Shown here: one piece after another, positions 12,567-23,410 of the stretch
Layout of the letters: every line of letters starts with the position of its first letter
Position numbering within the stretch: position 1 is the first letter of the stretch
From: an uncultured delta proteobacterium
GTDB lineage: Bacteria; Myxococcota; Myxococcia; SLRQ01
Assembly (NCBI GenBank): GCA_963727485.1
Contig: CAVSGM010000011.1
Location: 736,001-800,000, forward strand
Length of the DNA: 64,000 nt
Direction of reading: 5' to 3'
Notes under the pieces: generated by a model
Seen by the model: only the letters and a program-made list of their open reading frames with translations
Told to the model about the DNA's origin: nothing
Databases searched by the model: none
Program-made: the position numbers and the translations under genes

Positions 12567-13359
12567 GCACCTGCCCGTCGGCGAGCTCGGCCCAGGCCGC
12601 GTCGGCGGCGCCGGTGAGGGCCGAGGCCACCGCCACCGACCGCAGGTGACGGTGGGGGAGGCGCTGGGGGTGGGTCTCGGGGGCGTCGGCCCCGAGGTCG
12701 TGGCGGGCACACTCGGCCATGCCGTCGAGGAGGGCGTAGTGCAGCGGCCGGGTGCCCCGGCGGCAGGCGACCAGGTGCCGGCCGTCGAGGGCGACCAGGT
12801 TGAGGGTCGAGGGCTCGTCGCCCACCGACGCCGAGAGGGCCTCGATCGCGCGCACCGTCCGGCGCAGGGCCTCGCCGAGGATCTCCCCGGGGACCTCGCG
12901 CACCGAGAGGGCCCCGAGGGCCTTGAGCTCCGCCAGGAAGAGGGCGAAGACGTGGGCGCTGTCGGTCTCGCCGGTGACGCCGCGGCGGATGAAGGGCGGC
13001 AGCCGCTCGAGGAGGGCGGGGCGCAGGTCGCCGAAGTGGGCCACGGTGCCGTCGTGGGCGAAGAGCCAGCCGCCCTTGCGGAAGGGGTGGGTGTTCTCGT
13101 CCTTGAAGCTGCCCACGGTGGCCCGCCGGGTGTGGACCACCACCGCCGAGGCCCGGACGTCGGCGACCAGCGAGAGGGGATCGGCGGCCAGCCCGGGGAC
13201 CGATCCCGGGCGGTGGCGCACCAGCACCTGGCCGTTCTGGACGTAGCCGGCGCCGATGGCGTCGGGGGTCTGGCGGTCGGCGAAGTCGACCTGGGGGCGC
13301 AGGGCCGCGAGGCGACAGGGAAGGAGGCTGGGATCGTTCTGCAGGATCGCCAGGAGCAT
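12517..13359 (-). CDS. Class II glutamine amidotransferase-like protein (YafJ/EgtC type) without the N-terminal Cys
   Basis: HTRRATVG, ENTHPF, WLFAHDG, GETDS. Confidence 0.85.
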   Translation of the reverse strand: MLLAILQNDPSLLPCRLAALRPQVDFADRQTPDAIGAGYVQNGQVLVRHRPGSVPGLAADPLSLVADVRASAVVVHTRRATVGSFKDENTHPFRKGGWLFAHDGTVAHFGDLRPALLERLPPFIRRGVTGETDSAHVFALFLAELKALGALSVREVPGEILGEALRRTVRAIEALSASVGDEPSTLNLVALDGRHLVACRRGTRPLHYALLDGMAECARHDLGADAPETHPQRLPHRHLRSVAVASALTGAADAAWAELADGQVLTAGPDFQARLIPIDA

Positions 13360-13508
13360 CGCGAAAAGGGTAACCCCGCAGAGGGCCCCGGGCCAGGGAC
13401 GGAGCCCCGGGGGCGGGCGCCGTGGACCTCGGGCACGGGCGCTTTGACTTGGGCGCCGGGGCTCTGTCAGAATCCGAGTCTTCCTGAACCTTTGCCCCCC
13501 ATCCAGGC

Positions 13509-15089
13509 ATGAGCGACGACATCGCCATCGGCATCGACCTCGGGACCTCGAACTCCTGCGTCTCGGTGGTCCTCGAAGGCCAGCCCCAGGTCCTCCCCAA
13601 CGAGTGGGGCGAGCGCACCCACGCCTCGGTGGTCTCGTTCCTCGAGGACGGGTCGGTCCAGGTGGGCAACGCGGCCAAGCGCAACATCATCACCAACGCC
13701 GAGAACACGGTGTACTCGGCCAAGCGCCTCATCGGCCGCTTCTACTTCTCCGACGAGGTGAAGAAGGCCCAGGCGGTGATGCCCTACGAGATCGTCGAGG
13801 GCGAGAACAACTCGGTGCGCATCCGGGTGCGGGGGCAGGACTACGCCATCCCCGAGACCTCGGCCCTCATCCTCAAGGAGATGAAGGCCATCGCCGAGAG
13901 CTACCTCGGCCGCGAGGTCTCCAAGGCGGTGGTCACCGTCCCCGCCTACTTCAACGACAACCAGCGCCAGGCCACCAAGGACGCCGGCAAGATCGCCGGC
14001 CTCGACGTCCTCCGGATCATCAACGAGCCCACCGCCGCGGCGCTCGCCTACGGCTTCGGGCGCGACGTGGCCCAGAAGTGCGTCATCTACGACCTCGGCG
14101 GCGGCACCTTCGACGTCTCCATCCTCGAGATCGGCCAGGACGTCTTCGAGGTGCTCTCCACCGCCGGTGACACCTACCTCGGCGGCGACGACTTCGACGA
14201 CCGGATCATGCAGTGGCTCGCGGACACCTTCCAGCAGAACCACGGCATCGATCTGCGCCAGAACCGCTACTGCCTCCAGATGCTCAAGGAGGGCGCCGAG
14301 CGGGCCAAGATCGACCTCTCCACCCAGGCCCAGGCCACCGTCCACATCGAGGGCATCTGCCAGACCCAGGAGGGCAGCGTCCTCGACCTCGACGCCACCC
14401 TCGACCAGCAGGACTTCAACCGGATGACCATGGACCTCGTCCAGCGGACCTTCAAGGTCTGCGACGAGGCGATCCAGGCCGCCCGGCTCACCGCCTCGGA
14501 CATCGACGCGGTGATCCTCGTCGGCGGGCCCACCCGGCTGCCCATCATCCGCAACTCGGTGAAGCACTACTTCCAGAAGGAGCCGCTCACCGACATCGAC
14601 CCCGACGAGGTCGTGGCCCTCGGCGCCTCGATCCAGGCCAACGCGCTCCTCGACTCGGCCTCGGACGCCTACCTCCTCGACGTGACCCCGCTCTCCCTGC
14701 GCATCGGGACCGTCGGCGGCTACACCGAGAAGATCCTCGACAAGAACACCCCCATCCCCATCGACCGCACGCGCACCTTCACCACCAGCCGCGACGGCCA
14801 GGACCGGGTGGTCATCAAGGTCTACCAGGGGGAGAGCAACCGCTCCGACGAGTGCGAGCTCCTCGGCCAGTTCGAGTTCTCGGGCTTCCGCATCGGCTAC
14901 CGGGGCGAGGTGAAGATCGAGGTCACCTTCGAGATCGACACCAACGGCATCGTCCACATCACCGCCACCGACGTGGAGACGGGCCAGCAGGCGTCGACCA
15001 CCATCACCCTGTCCTCGGGCCTCACCGACGAGGACATCGAGCGCAGCCGCCAGCGGGCCGCCGACACCCGGCTGGCGGGCCACGCCTAG
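13509..15089 (+). CDS. Hsp70/DnaK-family protein lacking the C-terminal lid
   Basis: [39 protein letters not shown]; 526 aa. Confidence 0.95.
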   Translation: MSDDIAIGIDLGTSNSCVSVVLEGQPQVLPNEWGERTHASVVSFLEDGSVQVGNAAKRNIITNAENTVYSAKRLIGRFYFSDEVKKAQAVMPYEIVEGENNSVRIRVRGQDYAIPETSALILKEMKAIAESYLGREVSKAVVTVPAYFNDNQRQATKDAGKIAGLDVLRIINEPTAAALAYGFGRDVAQKCVIYDLGGGTFDVSILEIGQDVFEVLSTAGDTYLGGDDFDDRIMQWLADTFQQNHGIDLRQNRYCLQMLKEGAERAKIDLSTQAQATVHIEGICQTQEGSVLDLDATLDQQDFNRMTMDLVQRTFKVCDEAIQAARLTASDIDAVILVGGPTRLPIIRNSVKHYFQKEPLTDIDPDEVVALGASIQANALLDSASDAYLLDVTPLSLRIGTVGGYTEKILDKNTPIPIDRTRTFTTSRDGQDRVVIKVYQGESNRSDECELLGQFEFSGFRIGYRGEVKIEVTFEIDTNGIVHITATDVETGQQASTTITLSSGLTDEDIERSRQRAADTRLAGHA

Positions 15090-15104
15090 AAGCCCCCGAC
15101 CGCC

Positions 15105-15660
15105 ATGCCGCCCGATCCCCAGTTCGCCATCGAAGCCCAGGTCCTCGCCCAGACCATCGAGGAGCTCGACTACTACCAGAATCCTCAAGGTGGGCCGGGA
15201 GGCCACCGCCGGGGAGATCAAGAAGGCCTACTACGCCGAGAGCCGCGCCTTCCACCCCGACGGCTACTACCAGGAGGCCGACGAGGAGCTGAAGGCGAAC
15301 GTCTTCAAGATCTACAAGCGGATCACCGAGGCCTACACCGTCCTCCGCGACCCGGAGAAGCGGCGCAAGTACACCGCCGACATCGACGGCCCCGACCGGG
15401 CCGGCAAGCTCCGGTTCACCGAGCAGAGCGAGGCGGAGCAGAAGAAGGCCAAGGAGGAGCAGGAGGGCAAGACCGAGCAGGGCCGCAAGTGCTACCGGCA
15501 GGCCCTCCTCGAGGTCCGCCAGAAGCGCTTCGAGACCGCCGAGCGCACCCTCAGGACCGCCCTGATGTACGAGCCGGACAACGACCTCTTCAAGGCGAAG
15601 CTCGAGGAGGTCCAGGGCCAGATCAAGCCCGCCGGCGGGCACGGCTTCGAGATCAAGTGA
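15105..15660 (+). CDS. J-domain + TPR co-chaperone; frameshift ~15180
   Basis: LDYYQ(I)LK, EIKKAYY, FHPD, AYTVLRDP, terminal TPR. Confidence 0.88.
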
Positions 15661-16337
15661 CCCTCGACCTGGTCGCCCTCGGGGTGGTGGGGCTCTTCGC
15701 GGGGGTCGGCGCCTTCACCGGCGCCATCGGCCAGCTCCTCTCCCTGGTCGGGCTGGTGGGGGCCTGGCTCACCGGGCGCTTCGTGGGCCTTCGGTTCGGG
15801 CCCGCGGTCGCCGCCCACTTCCACGTCCCGGCCATCGTCGGGGTCGCCGGGCTCTCCCTGGTGCTGGGGCTCGTGGTGTTCGCGGCGGTGGCCCTCGGGG
15901 GCCGGGCGGGGGTCCGGCGCCTGCGCCGGGGCCGGGGACCGTCGGCGGTGGACCGATCGCTGGGGATCCTGGTGGGGGCGACCAAGGGCGGGGCCCTGGT
16001 GTGGCTGTTGATGAGCCTGGTGGTCTTCTTCGACCGGCCGCTCAAGGGCTCGCCGCTCCACCTGGACACCCGGGGCTCGGAGGTGGCGGTGCTGGCCCGC
16101 AAGGGGAACCTCCTCGCCCACTCGGGGCTGCCCCTGGGGACCCTGCGGCAGGCCCTGGCCCACCCGGCGGCCCTGGCCCGGGATCCCCAGCTGAAGGCGC
16201 TCGCCCGGGATCCGGCCCTCAAGGCCGCCCTCGACCGGGGGGACGCGGTGGGGGTGCTTCGGCACGCCGACGTGCTGAAGGTGCTCTCGGATCCCCGCCT
16301 CGAGGCGCGGCTGCAGCGGATCGCCGCCGGGAAGTGA
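15657..16337 (+). CDS. CvpA (colicin V production) family membrane protein
   Basis: GAFTGAIGQL...DRSLGILVGATKG; 4 TM; GTGA coupling. Confidence 0.8.
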   Translation: MTLDLVALGVVGLFAGVGAFTGAIGQLLSLVGLVGAWLTGRFVGLRFGPAVAAHFHVPAIVGVAGLSLVLGLVVFAAVALGGRAGVRRLRRGRGPSAVDRSLGILVGATKGGALVWLLMSLVVFFDRPLKGSPLHLDTRGSEVAVLARKGNLLAHSGLPLGTLRQALAHPAALARDPQLKALARDPALKAALDRGDAVGVLRHADVLKVLSDPRLEARLQRIAAGK

Positions 16338-16377
16338 TCCTGCGGGGGCCGCCCGGCGGCGCGGCCCGATCCCCCAA

Positions 16378-16416
16378 CGCAAAACGGCCCCCGGGCGAAC
16401 CCGGAGGCCGTTTGCG
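16378..16416. terminator. Hairpin between convergent genes, probable terminator
   Basis: CAAAACGGCCCCCGG-GCGAAC-CCGGAGGCCGTTTG. Confidence 0.7.
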
Positions 16417-16431
16417 TGACGTCAGGCGGGA

Positions 16432-16695
16432 CTACTTGCCGGAGGTCGTGTTCGCGAAGGTCTTCAGGCTCCGGTGACCGTCGAGCTTCTTGTTGCTGGT
16501 CTTGGTGTCGACGGTGGTCTTCTCCTCACCGTTCAGGGCCTTGGCGGAGGCGCCGAAGAGCTTGCGGATGTTGTCGCCGAAGAGGCTCACGACGCCGATG
16601 GCGGCGATGGCGATGAGGGCGACGATGATGATGTACTCGGTCATGCCCTGACCGGACTCATCGGCGAACGCGGTGCGAAACTTGGAAATCATCAT
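16432..16695 (-). CDS. Flp/Tad type IV pilin
   Basis: DESG/QGMTEYIIIVALIAIAA prepilin motif; AAGGAG RBS. Confidence 0.9.
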   Translation of the reverse strand: MMISKFRTAFADESGQGMTEYIIIVALIAIAAIGVVSLFGDNIRKLFGASAKALNGEEKTTVDTKTSNKKLDGHRSLKTFANTTSGK

Positions 16696-16888
16696 GGTTG
16701 GCTCCTTGGCGGGTGGGTTGGCGCAGCTCGAAAGGGTGTGACCGTTGCTCGTTGATGGTGCCCACTGTAGCGGGTGGGCCCGGGGGCGGGAATCGGTCAT
16801 CGGGAGGATGCCACACCCCAGGCTGGTGACGCGCTGCGTCGTCGGGCGGGTTGACGAAGACCCGGACGGTCCTAGGCTGATCGGTGTC

Positions 16889-17782
<894 letters not shown>

Positions 17783-17940
17783 GGGCGTCTCCGTGAGGGG
17801 AGGGCCGGCCCTCGGGGGCCGGTCCACCCCGCGGCCGGGGGGCCGTGAGGGGGGCCCTGCGCCCAGAATGCAAGGGTGGGGCGCAGTTGCGCAATCCGGA
17901 CCACCGATCTAGGGTCCACGGCTTGCCCGGGAGCCGTCTC

Positions 17941-19728
17941 ATGCGTCGTGTGGTCCTCGCCCTCGTCCCCATCGCCCTCGTCCTCGCCCCCGCCTGCAGC
18001 TGCGACGGGCCCCCGGTGGCCCAGCTCACGGGCAAGATCGCCTTCCCCTCCGGCGGGGTCCTCGACTTCGGCAAGGTCTGCGTGGGCGACACCGCCGAGG
18101 CCACCGTCGCCGTGGAGAACGACGGCACCGTGCCCCTGAAGATCACCTCGGCGAAGGTGACCGGCGACGCGAGCTTCACCGTGGTCGACTTCCCCAAGAC
18201 CCTGGCCCCGGCCGGGCAGGTCCTGGCCAAGGGCGTCATCCACATGCGCTTCAAGCCCGGGGCCGCCGGCGAGGTCTTCGGCGACCTGGTGGTCGGAAGC
18301 GACGACCTGAAGAACCCCTCGGTGAAGGTGAAGCTGGACGGCACCGGCGACGACGGGCCCCGGGTGGACGTCGAGCTCGACTGCGAGAACGCCGACGGCA
18401 CCGCCCTGGTCAAGTGCCCCACGGTCCTCAACTACGGCGACGTGGGCACCGGCGCCTCCAAGGACATCCCCGTGGTCCTGGCGAACAAGGGCTGCGCCGC
18501 CCTCACCGTCTCCGCGGCCACCATCACCGACCTCCAGGATCAGAACCCGGCGGCGGGCTTCGCCCTCGGTGGCCCCAAGGTGCCCTTCCAGTTCTCCGCG
18601 GCCCGGCCCCAGACCGTGGACCCGACCCTCCAGCCCACCACCGCCGACAGCTACACCGGGCGCCTCCACCTCACCTGGTCCGACGCCGCGGTCAACGGCT
18701 CGCCCCAGGAGAGCAAGGTGGGTCTCATCGGCAACGGCGTCGCCTTCGTGGCCACCGTCATCCCCGCGGGCTTCACCTTCACCCAGGCCGGGACCACCCA
18801 CCCCCAGACCCAGACCTTCACGGTGAAGAACCAGGGCGGCCTCGACGCCAAGATCACCGGCATCGACCTCCGGGACGGGACCCCCGAGTTCACCATCAAG
18901 CCCGCGTCGGCCCTGCCCCTGGACCTGCCGGCCTACGGCCAGGCCACCTTCGACGTCACCTACGCCCCCACCAGCCAGAACAAGGCCGCCGACGCGGTCC
19001 TGGTGACCACCGACAAGGGCACCCTGCCGCCGGTGCCCATCTCCGGCGGGGCCGGGCCCCAGCTCGAGGTCGATCCCCCGGTGACCGTGGACTTCGGCCA
19101 GGTGGCCACCGCGGCCACCGCCACCCAGTCGGTGACCGTCTCCAACGTGGGGTCGGCGCCCCTCAACGTCACCGGCATGACCCTCCCCACCAACCCGGCG
19201 AACGTCTTCTCCATCCAGGGGGCGCCGAGCTTCCCCCAGGCCCTGGCGCCGGGGAAGAGCTTCACCTTCCAGGTGCAGTTCGTCGACGACCCCCACATCG
19301 GCAAGAAGGCCGACGGGTCGGGGTCCTCGGAGACCGGGGAGCTCGACATCCAGAGCGACGACCCGGCCTACGCCCAGGGCTCGGGCTACGCCCTGGTGCT
19401 CCAGACCGACACCCTGCTCAACCTCGGGCCCACCGCCGACCTGGTGGCCGCGGTCGGGGGCACCGCCTGCACCACCGACCCCTGCCCGGCGACCTCCGGC
19501 GACACGGTCACCTTCGACGCCTCGGGGAGCACCGACCCCGAGAACGACACCTTGAGCTTCGCCTGGACCCTCACCCCGCCCAACGGGGCCACGGCGACCC
19601 TCCAGCAGCACAGCGGCGCGACCAACACCCTGGTGCCCGACGTGCCCGGGCGGTGGACGGTGCAGGTGAAGGTCAGCGATCCCTACGGCGGCACCGACAC
19701 CCGGTCGGTCCACATCGGGGTGCAGTAG
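17941..19728 (+). CDS. Surface lipoprotein with ~4 Ig-like (choice-of-anchor D/ASH) repeats and a PKD-like domain
   Basis: LAPAC lipobox; repeated DFG...V.N.G..PL.I units; FDASGSTDPENDTLSFAW. Confidence 0.8.
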   Translation: MRRVVLALVPIALVLAPACSCDGPPVAQLTGKIAFPSGGVLDFGKVCVGDTAEATVAVENDGTVPLKITSAKVTGDASFTVVDFPKTLAPAGQVLAKGVIHMRFKPGAAGEVFGDLVVGSDDLKNPSVKVKLDGTGDDGPRVDVELDCENADGTALVKCPTVLNYGDVGTGASKDIPVVLANKGCAALTVSAATITDLQDQNPAAGFALGGPKVPFQFSAARPQTVDPTLQPTTADSYTGRLHLTWSDAAVNGSPQESKVGLIGNGVAFVATVIPAGFTFTQAGTTHPQTQTFTVKNQGGLDAKITGIDLRDGTPEFTIKPASALPLDLPAYGQATFDVTYAPTSQNKAADAVLVTTDKGTLPPVPISGGAGPQLEVDPPVTVDFGQVATAATATQSVTVSNVGSAPLNVTGMTLPTNPANVFSIQGAPSFPQALAPGKSFTFQVQFVDDPHIGKKADGSGSSETGELDIQSDDPAYAQGSGYALVLQTDTLLNLGPTADLVAAVGGTACTTDPCPATSGDTVTFDASGSTDPENDTLSFAWTLTPPNGATATLQQHSGATNTLVPDVPGRWTVQVKVSDPYGGTDTRSVHIGVQ

Positions 19729-19731
19729 GCC

Positions 19732-20638
19732 GTGCCCGAAGCCGGTCGCCCCGGGCGGGTGCTCCAGGCGGCCCGGCGCCACGTCTGGGTGGAGACCGAC
19801 GCCGGGGTGACGCGCCTGCGGGTCCGCGGGGGCGTGGACCTGGTCCCCGGCGACCAGGTGGTCCCCGACGCCGAGGGGGTGGTGAGCCGGCGCCTCGAGC
19901 GGCGCAACCGCCTCGCCCGGCGCACCGCCCGGGAGACCCGGGTGCTGGCGGCGAACGTCGACGACCTGGCCATCGTCACCGCCGCCGGGCCCGACCGCAG
20001 CGGCGCCGGGATGATCGCCCGGTGCATCGCCGCGGCGCTGGCTGAGGGCATCACCCCGGTGGTGGTGCTCAACAAGGCCGACGCCGACGCCGCGGGGGTG
20101 CTCCCGGCCCGGGCCGAGGGGTGGCGGCGGCTGGGGTTCGAGGCCTTCGTGATCTCCGCGCGCACCGGCGCCGGCGTCGAGGCCCTCGAGGCGCGGCTCC
20201 GGGGCCGGGAGGTGGCGCTGGTGGGGGCGAGCGGGGTGGGCAAGTCGACGCTCATCAACGCCCTCCACCCCGAGGCGGCGCAGCCCACCGGAGAGGTGGA
20301 CGCCCTGGGCCACGGTCGCCACGTGACCACCCTGGGCCGCGCCATCCGCTGGCCCGGGGGCCTGCTGGTGGACCTGCCGGGGGTGCGGACCTTCGGGCTG
20401 GTGGATTCCGGCGGGGCTCGCCGCGGCCTTCCCCGACGTGGTGGCGCGGGCGGCAGGGTGCCGGTTCGCCGACTGCGCCCACGGAGGTGAGCCCGGGTGC
20501 GCGGTGACCGAGGCGGCGGAGCAGGGCGCCCTCGATCCCGAGCGCCTGGCGGTCTACCGGGCGATCCGGGAGAACCTCTCCGCCGGGGTCGAGGGGACGC
20601 GGCCGGAGCCCCCGGGACGGCGGCGCCGGCCCAGGTGA
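19732..20638 (+). CDS. rsgA: Ribosome small subunit-dependent GTPase A; frameshift ~20406
   Basis: AANVD, NKAD, GASGVGKST, GRHVTT, DLPG, CRFADCAH..EPGC. Confidence 0.92.
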
Positions 20639-20734
20639 CCCCGGCACCGCCGGCCCGACACCCCTTGACGTCAAGGTTCGCGGTCGGGGACAAGGGCAGC
20701 CTCGGCCGGTCCGTCACGTCTCCCGGGGGAACCC

Positions 20735-21703
20735 ATGTCGCAGCACCGCTTCGCCGTCGCCGCCCTCTTCGCCAGCCTCGCCCTCGCCGCCTGCGGCGCG
20801 CCGCCGTCCAGCTCGAAGACCGGCGACACCTTCACCCCGCTCGCGCCTCCGGCGAACGGCATCCAGCTCCACATCCAGCCGTTCACCGTCAAGCCCCAGA
20901 GCGAGCGCGAGCGGTGCCGCTTCCTCAAGGCGCCGAACACCGGCCCCGGCGAGATCGTCCACGTGAAGATGAAGGGGCGCAAGGGTCTCCACCACGTGTT
21001 CGTGATGAAGGTCGCCAGCGACTACCCCGACGGTGAGGTCCCCTGCTTCGGGATCCCCGACCAGGCGATGCAGGGCATCGACATCCCCGAGCCCATCTTC
21101 GCCAGCTCCACCCTGGTGACCCAGGAGGAGGTGAGCCTGCCCCAGGACGTGGCCATCCACCTCGACCCGGGGCAGCAGCTGATCTTCGACTACCACTACG
21201 TCAACGTGACCACCCAGCCGATGACCGGCGAGATCTACCTGAACCTCGACTTCGCTCCCGCCGGCACGAAGGTGATCCCGGCGAAGGTCTTCGTCTTCGG
21301 GAACATGGACGGGATCGACATCCCCGCCCACGGCAAGCAGACCCTCAAGACCACTTGCACCTTCCCCAAGGACGAGCATGTTGTCTCGGTGACCCCCCAC
21401 ATGCACCAGCTGGGGACCGGCTTCGAGATCCAGCGCTTCGATGGGCAGCAGGACACGGGCGTCCTCTACCAGACGAGCAGCTGGGACGACCCCAAGACCA
21501 CGGTGTTCAACCCGGTGCAGGACTTTGGCGCCGGCCAGGGGATCACCTTCACCTGCAACTGGGCCAACCCCACCGACACCGCGGTGAAGTTCGGCCAGAG
21601 CTACGACGACGAGATGTGCTTCGTCTTCGGCTACTTCTACCCCGCCACCCAGAAGCTCCTGGAGCTCGACATCACCGGCGGGTGCACCCAGGACAGCCCC
21701 TGA
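20735..21703 (+). CDS. Lipoprotein with copper type II monooxygenase (PHM/DBH-like) domains
   Basis: LAAC lipobox; LHH, YHY, PHMH, DEMC copper-ligand pattern. Confidence 0.8.
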   Translation: MSQHRFAVAALFASLALAACGAPPSSSKTGDTFTPLAPPANGIQLHIQPFTVKPQSERERCRFLKAPNTGPGEIVHVKMKGRKGLHHVFVMKVASDYPDGEVPCFGIPDQAMQGIDIPEPIFASSTLVTQEEVSLPQDVAIHLDPGQQLIFDYHYVNVTTQPMTGEIYLNLDFAPAGTKVIPAKVFVFGNMDGIDIPAHGKQTLKTTCTFPKDEHVVSVTPHMHQLGTGFEIQRFDGQQDTGVLYQTSSWDDPKTTVFNPVQDFGAGQGITFTCNWANPTDTAVKFGQSYDDEMCFVFGYFYPATQKLLELDITGGCTQDSP

Positions 21704-22653
21704 TGGGCAGGCTCGTCGACGGGCAGTGGCGCCAGGACTGGTACGAGTCCGACGACGCCGGGCAGTTCCACCGGCCGCCCACGCGTTTCCGGGACCGGGT
21801 CGAGGATCGGCCGGGCGCCCGGTTCACCCCCGAGGCCGGGCGCTACCACCTCCACGTCTCCTACGCCTGCCCCTGGGCCCATCGGACCCTGGTGGGGCGA
21901 CAGGTCCTGGGCCTTCAGGACGCCATCTCCGTGTCCGTGGTCGATCCGAAGATGGGCGACGAGGGCTGGGTCTACCCGGACGGCCGCAAGCTCCAGGACG
22001 TCTACCGCGCGGCGAAGGCCGACTACACCGGCCGGGTGACAGTGCCGGTGCTCTGGGACCGGACCGAGGAGACCATCGTCAACAACGAGTCCCGGGAGAT
22101 CCTGCGGATGCTGGACACCGCCTTCGCCGGGCTCGCCGAGGCGCCGGTGACGCTCCTCCCCGAGGGCCTCGAGGAGACGGTGGACGGGATCCTCGACGCC
22201 ATCTACGAGCCCATCAACAACGGGGTCTACCGCACCGGCTTCGCCACCTCCCAGGCGGCCTACGAGACCGCCTGCGGCGAGCTCTTCGACGCCCTCGACC
22301 ACTGGGAAGAGGTGCTCGCGGGCCAGCGCTACCTCGCCGGCGAGGTCCTCACCGAGGCCGACGTGTGCATGTACACCACGCTGGTGCGCTTCAATCTCGT
22401 CTACCACGGCCACTTCAAGTGCAACGTCCGGCGGATCCAGGACTACCCGCAGCTCTGGGGCTACCTGAAGGACCTCCACCAGACGCCGGGCTTCGCCGAG
22501 GTGACGAACCTCGAGCACATCAAGACCCACTACTACTGGTCCCAGCCCACGGTGAACCCGACGCGGATCGTGCCCGTGGGCCCCACCGTGCCCCTCGACG
22601 CGCCCCACGACCGGGATCGGCTGGGGCCGCGGAAGCTGGCGCCTCGGCGCTAG
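21703..22653 (+). CDS. Glutathionyl-hydroquinone reductase (YqjG-like GST)
   Basis: MGRLVDGQW, YACPWAHR, TVPVLWD, NNES, NNGVY, HIKTHYY. Confidence 0.93.
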   Translation: MGRLVDGQWRQDWYESDDAGQFHRPPTRFRDRVEDRPGARFTPEAGRYHLHVSYACPWAHRTLVGRQVLGLQDAISVSVVDPKMGDEGWVYPDGRKLQDVYRAAKADYTGRVTVPVLWDRTEETIVNNESREILRMLDTAFAGLAEAPVTLLPEGLEETVDGILDAIYEPINNGVYRTGFATSQAAYETACGELFDALDHWEEVLAGQRYLAGEVLTEADVCMYTTLVRFNLVYHGHFKCNVRRIQDYPQLWGYLKDLHQTPGFAEVTNLEHIKTHYYWSQPTVNPTRIVPVGPTVPLDAPHDRDRLGPRKLAPRR

Positions 22654-22691
22654 GTGGCTGCGGGACCGGCATCACCGGAGCGCCTGGGGGC

Positions 22692-22736
22692 TTGACCCCG
22701 GGGCCGGCTGGGTCTAGATCCGAATCAGATTCGGAT
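22692..22736 (+). promoter_or_regulatory. sigma-70-type promoter overlapped by a palindromic TetR operator
   Basis: TTGACC-N17-TAGATC; ATCCGAATC-A-GATTCGGAT at 22718-22736. Confidence 0.75.
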
Positions 22737-22746
22737 TCGGAGACCC

Positions 22747-23410
22747 ATGAACACCCCCCAGCAGCGCCGAAGCCAGGAGACCACCCGCCGCATCCTCGAG
22801 GCGGCGCGGGCCCTGCTCCGGGAGCGGACACTCGACGAGATCTCGGTGGCCCGGATCGCCGAACGGGCCGGAGTCTCCGTCGGTGGGTTCTACGCCCGCT
22901 ACAACAACAAGGAGGACGTGGTCGGCCACCTCTGCGACGAGGCCTTCCTCGCCGACTTCGTCGCCGAGGTCGAGGCGGAACTCGCTCCGGCGCGGTGGGC
23001 GGATGCCGGGATCCCGGACGTCCTCGATCTCTACCTGGGCCGCGCCGTCACGCTCTTCCGTGAGCAGCGGGGCCTGCTCCGGGAGATCGCGCGCCTGAAG
23101 TCGCACCAGCGCCGACCGGGCGTTCCGCGCCCGGATCGAGCGCTTCAACGTGGACACCCACCAGGCTCTGCGCTCCGTGCTCCTCGAGCATGCCTCGGAG
23201 ATCCGCCACCCGGACCCGCCGCTGGCGGTGGACCTCGGGGGGCTGATGGTCTTCGCGGTGATGCGCGAGGTGATCTTCTTTGGCGACCTGCGCCCGGACC
23301 TGCCGGCGGTCGACGACGAGACGCTCACCGCCGAGCTCACCCGGATGTTCCTGCGCTACCTGGACGTGGCCCCGCCTCGCCCGGGCCGGCGGAGGGGACG
23401 AGGGAGATGA
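22747..23410 (+). CDS. TetR/AcrR family regulator; frameshift ~23103
   Basis: RRILEAA...ISVARIAERAGVSVGGFYARYNNKE; C-terminus in ORF 23150-23410. Confidence 0.88.
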
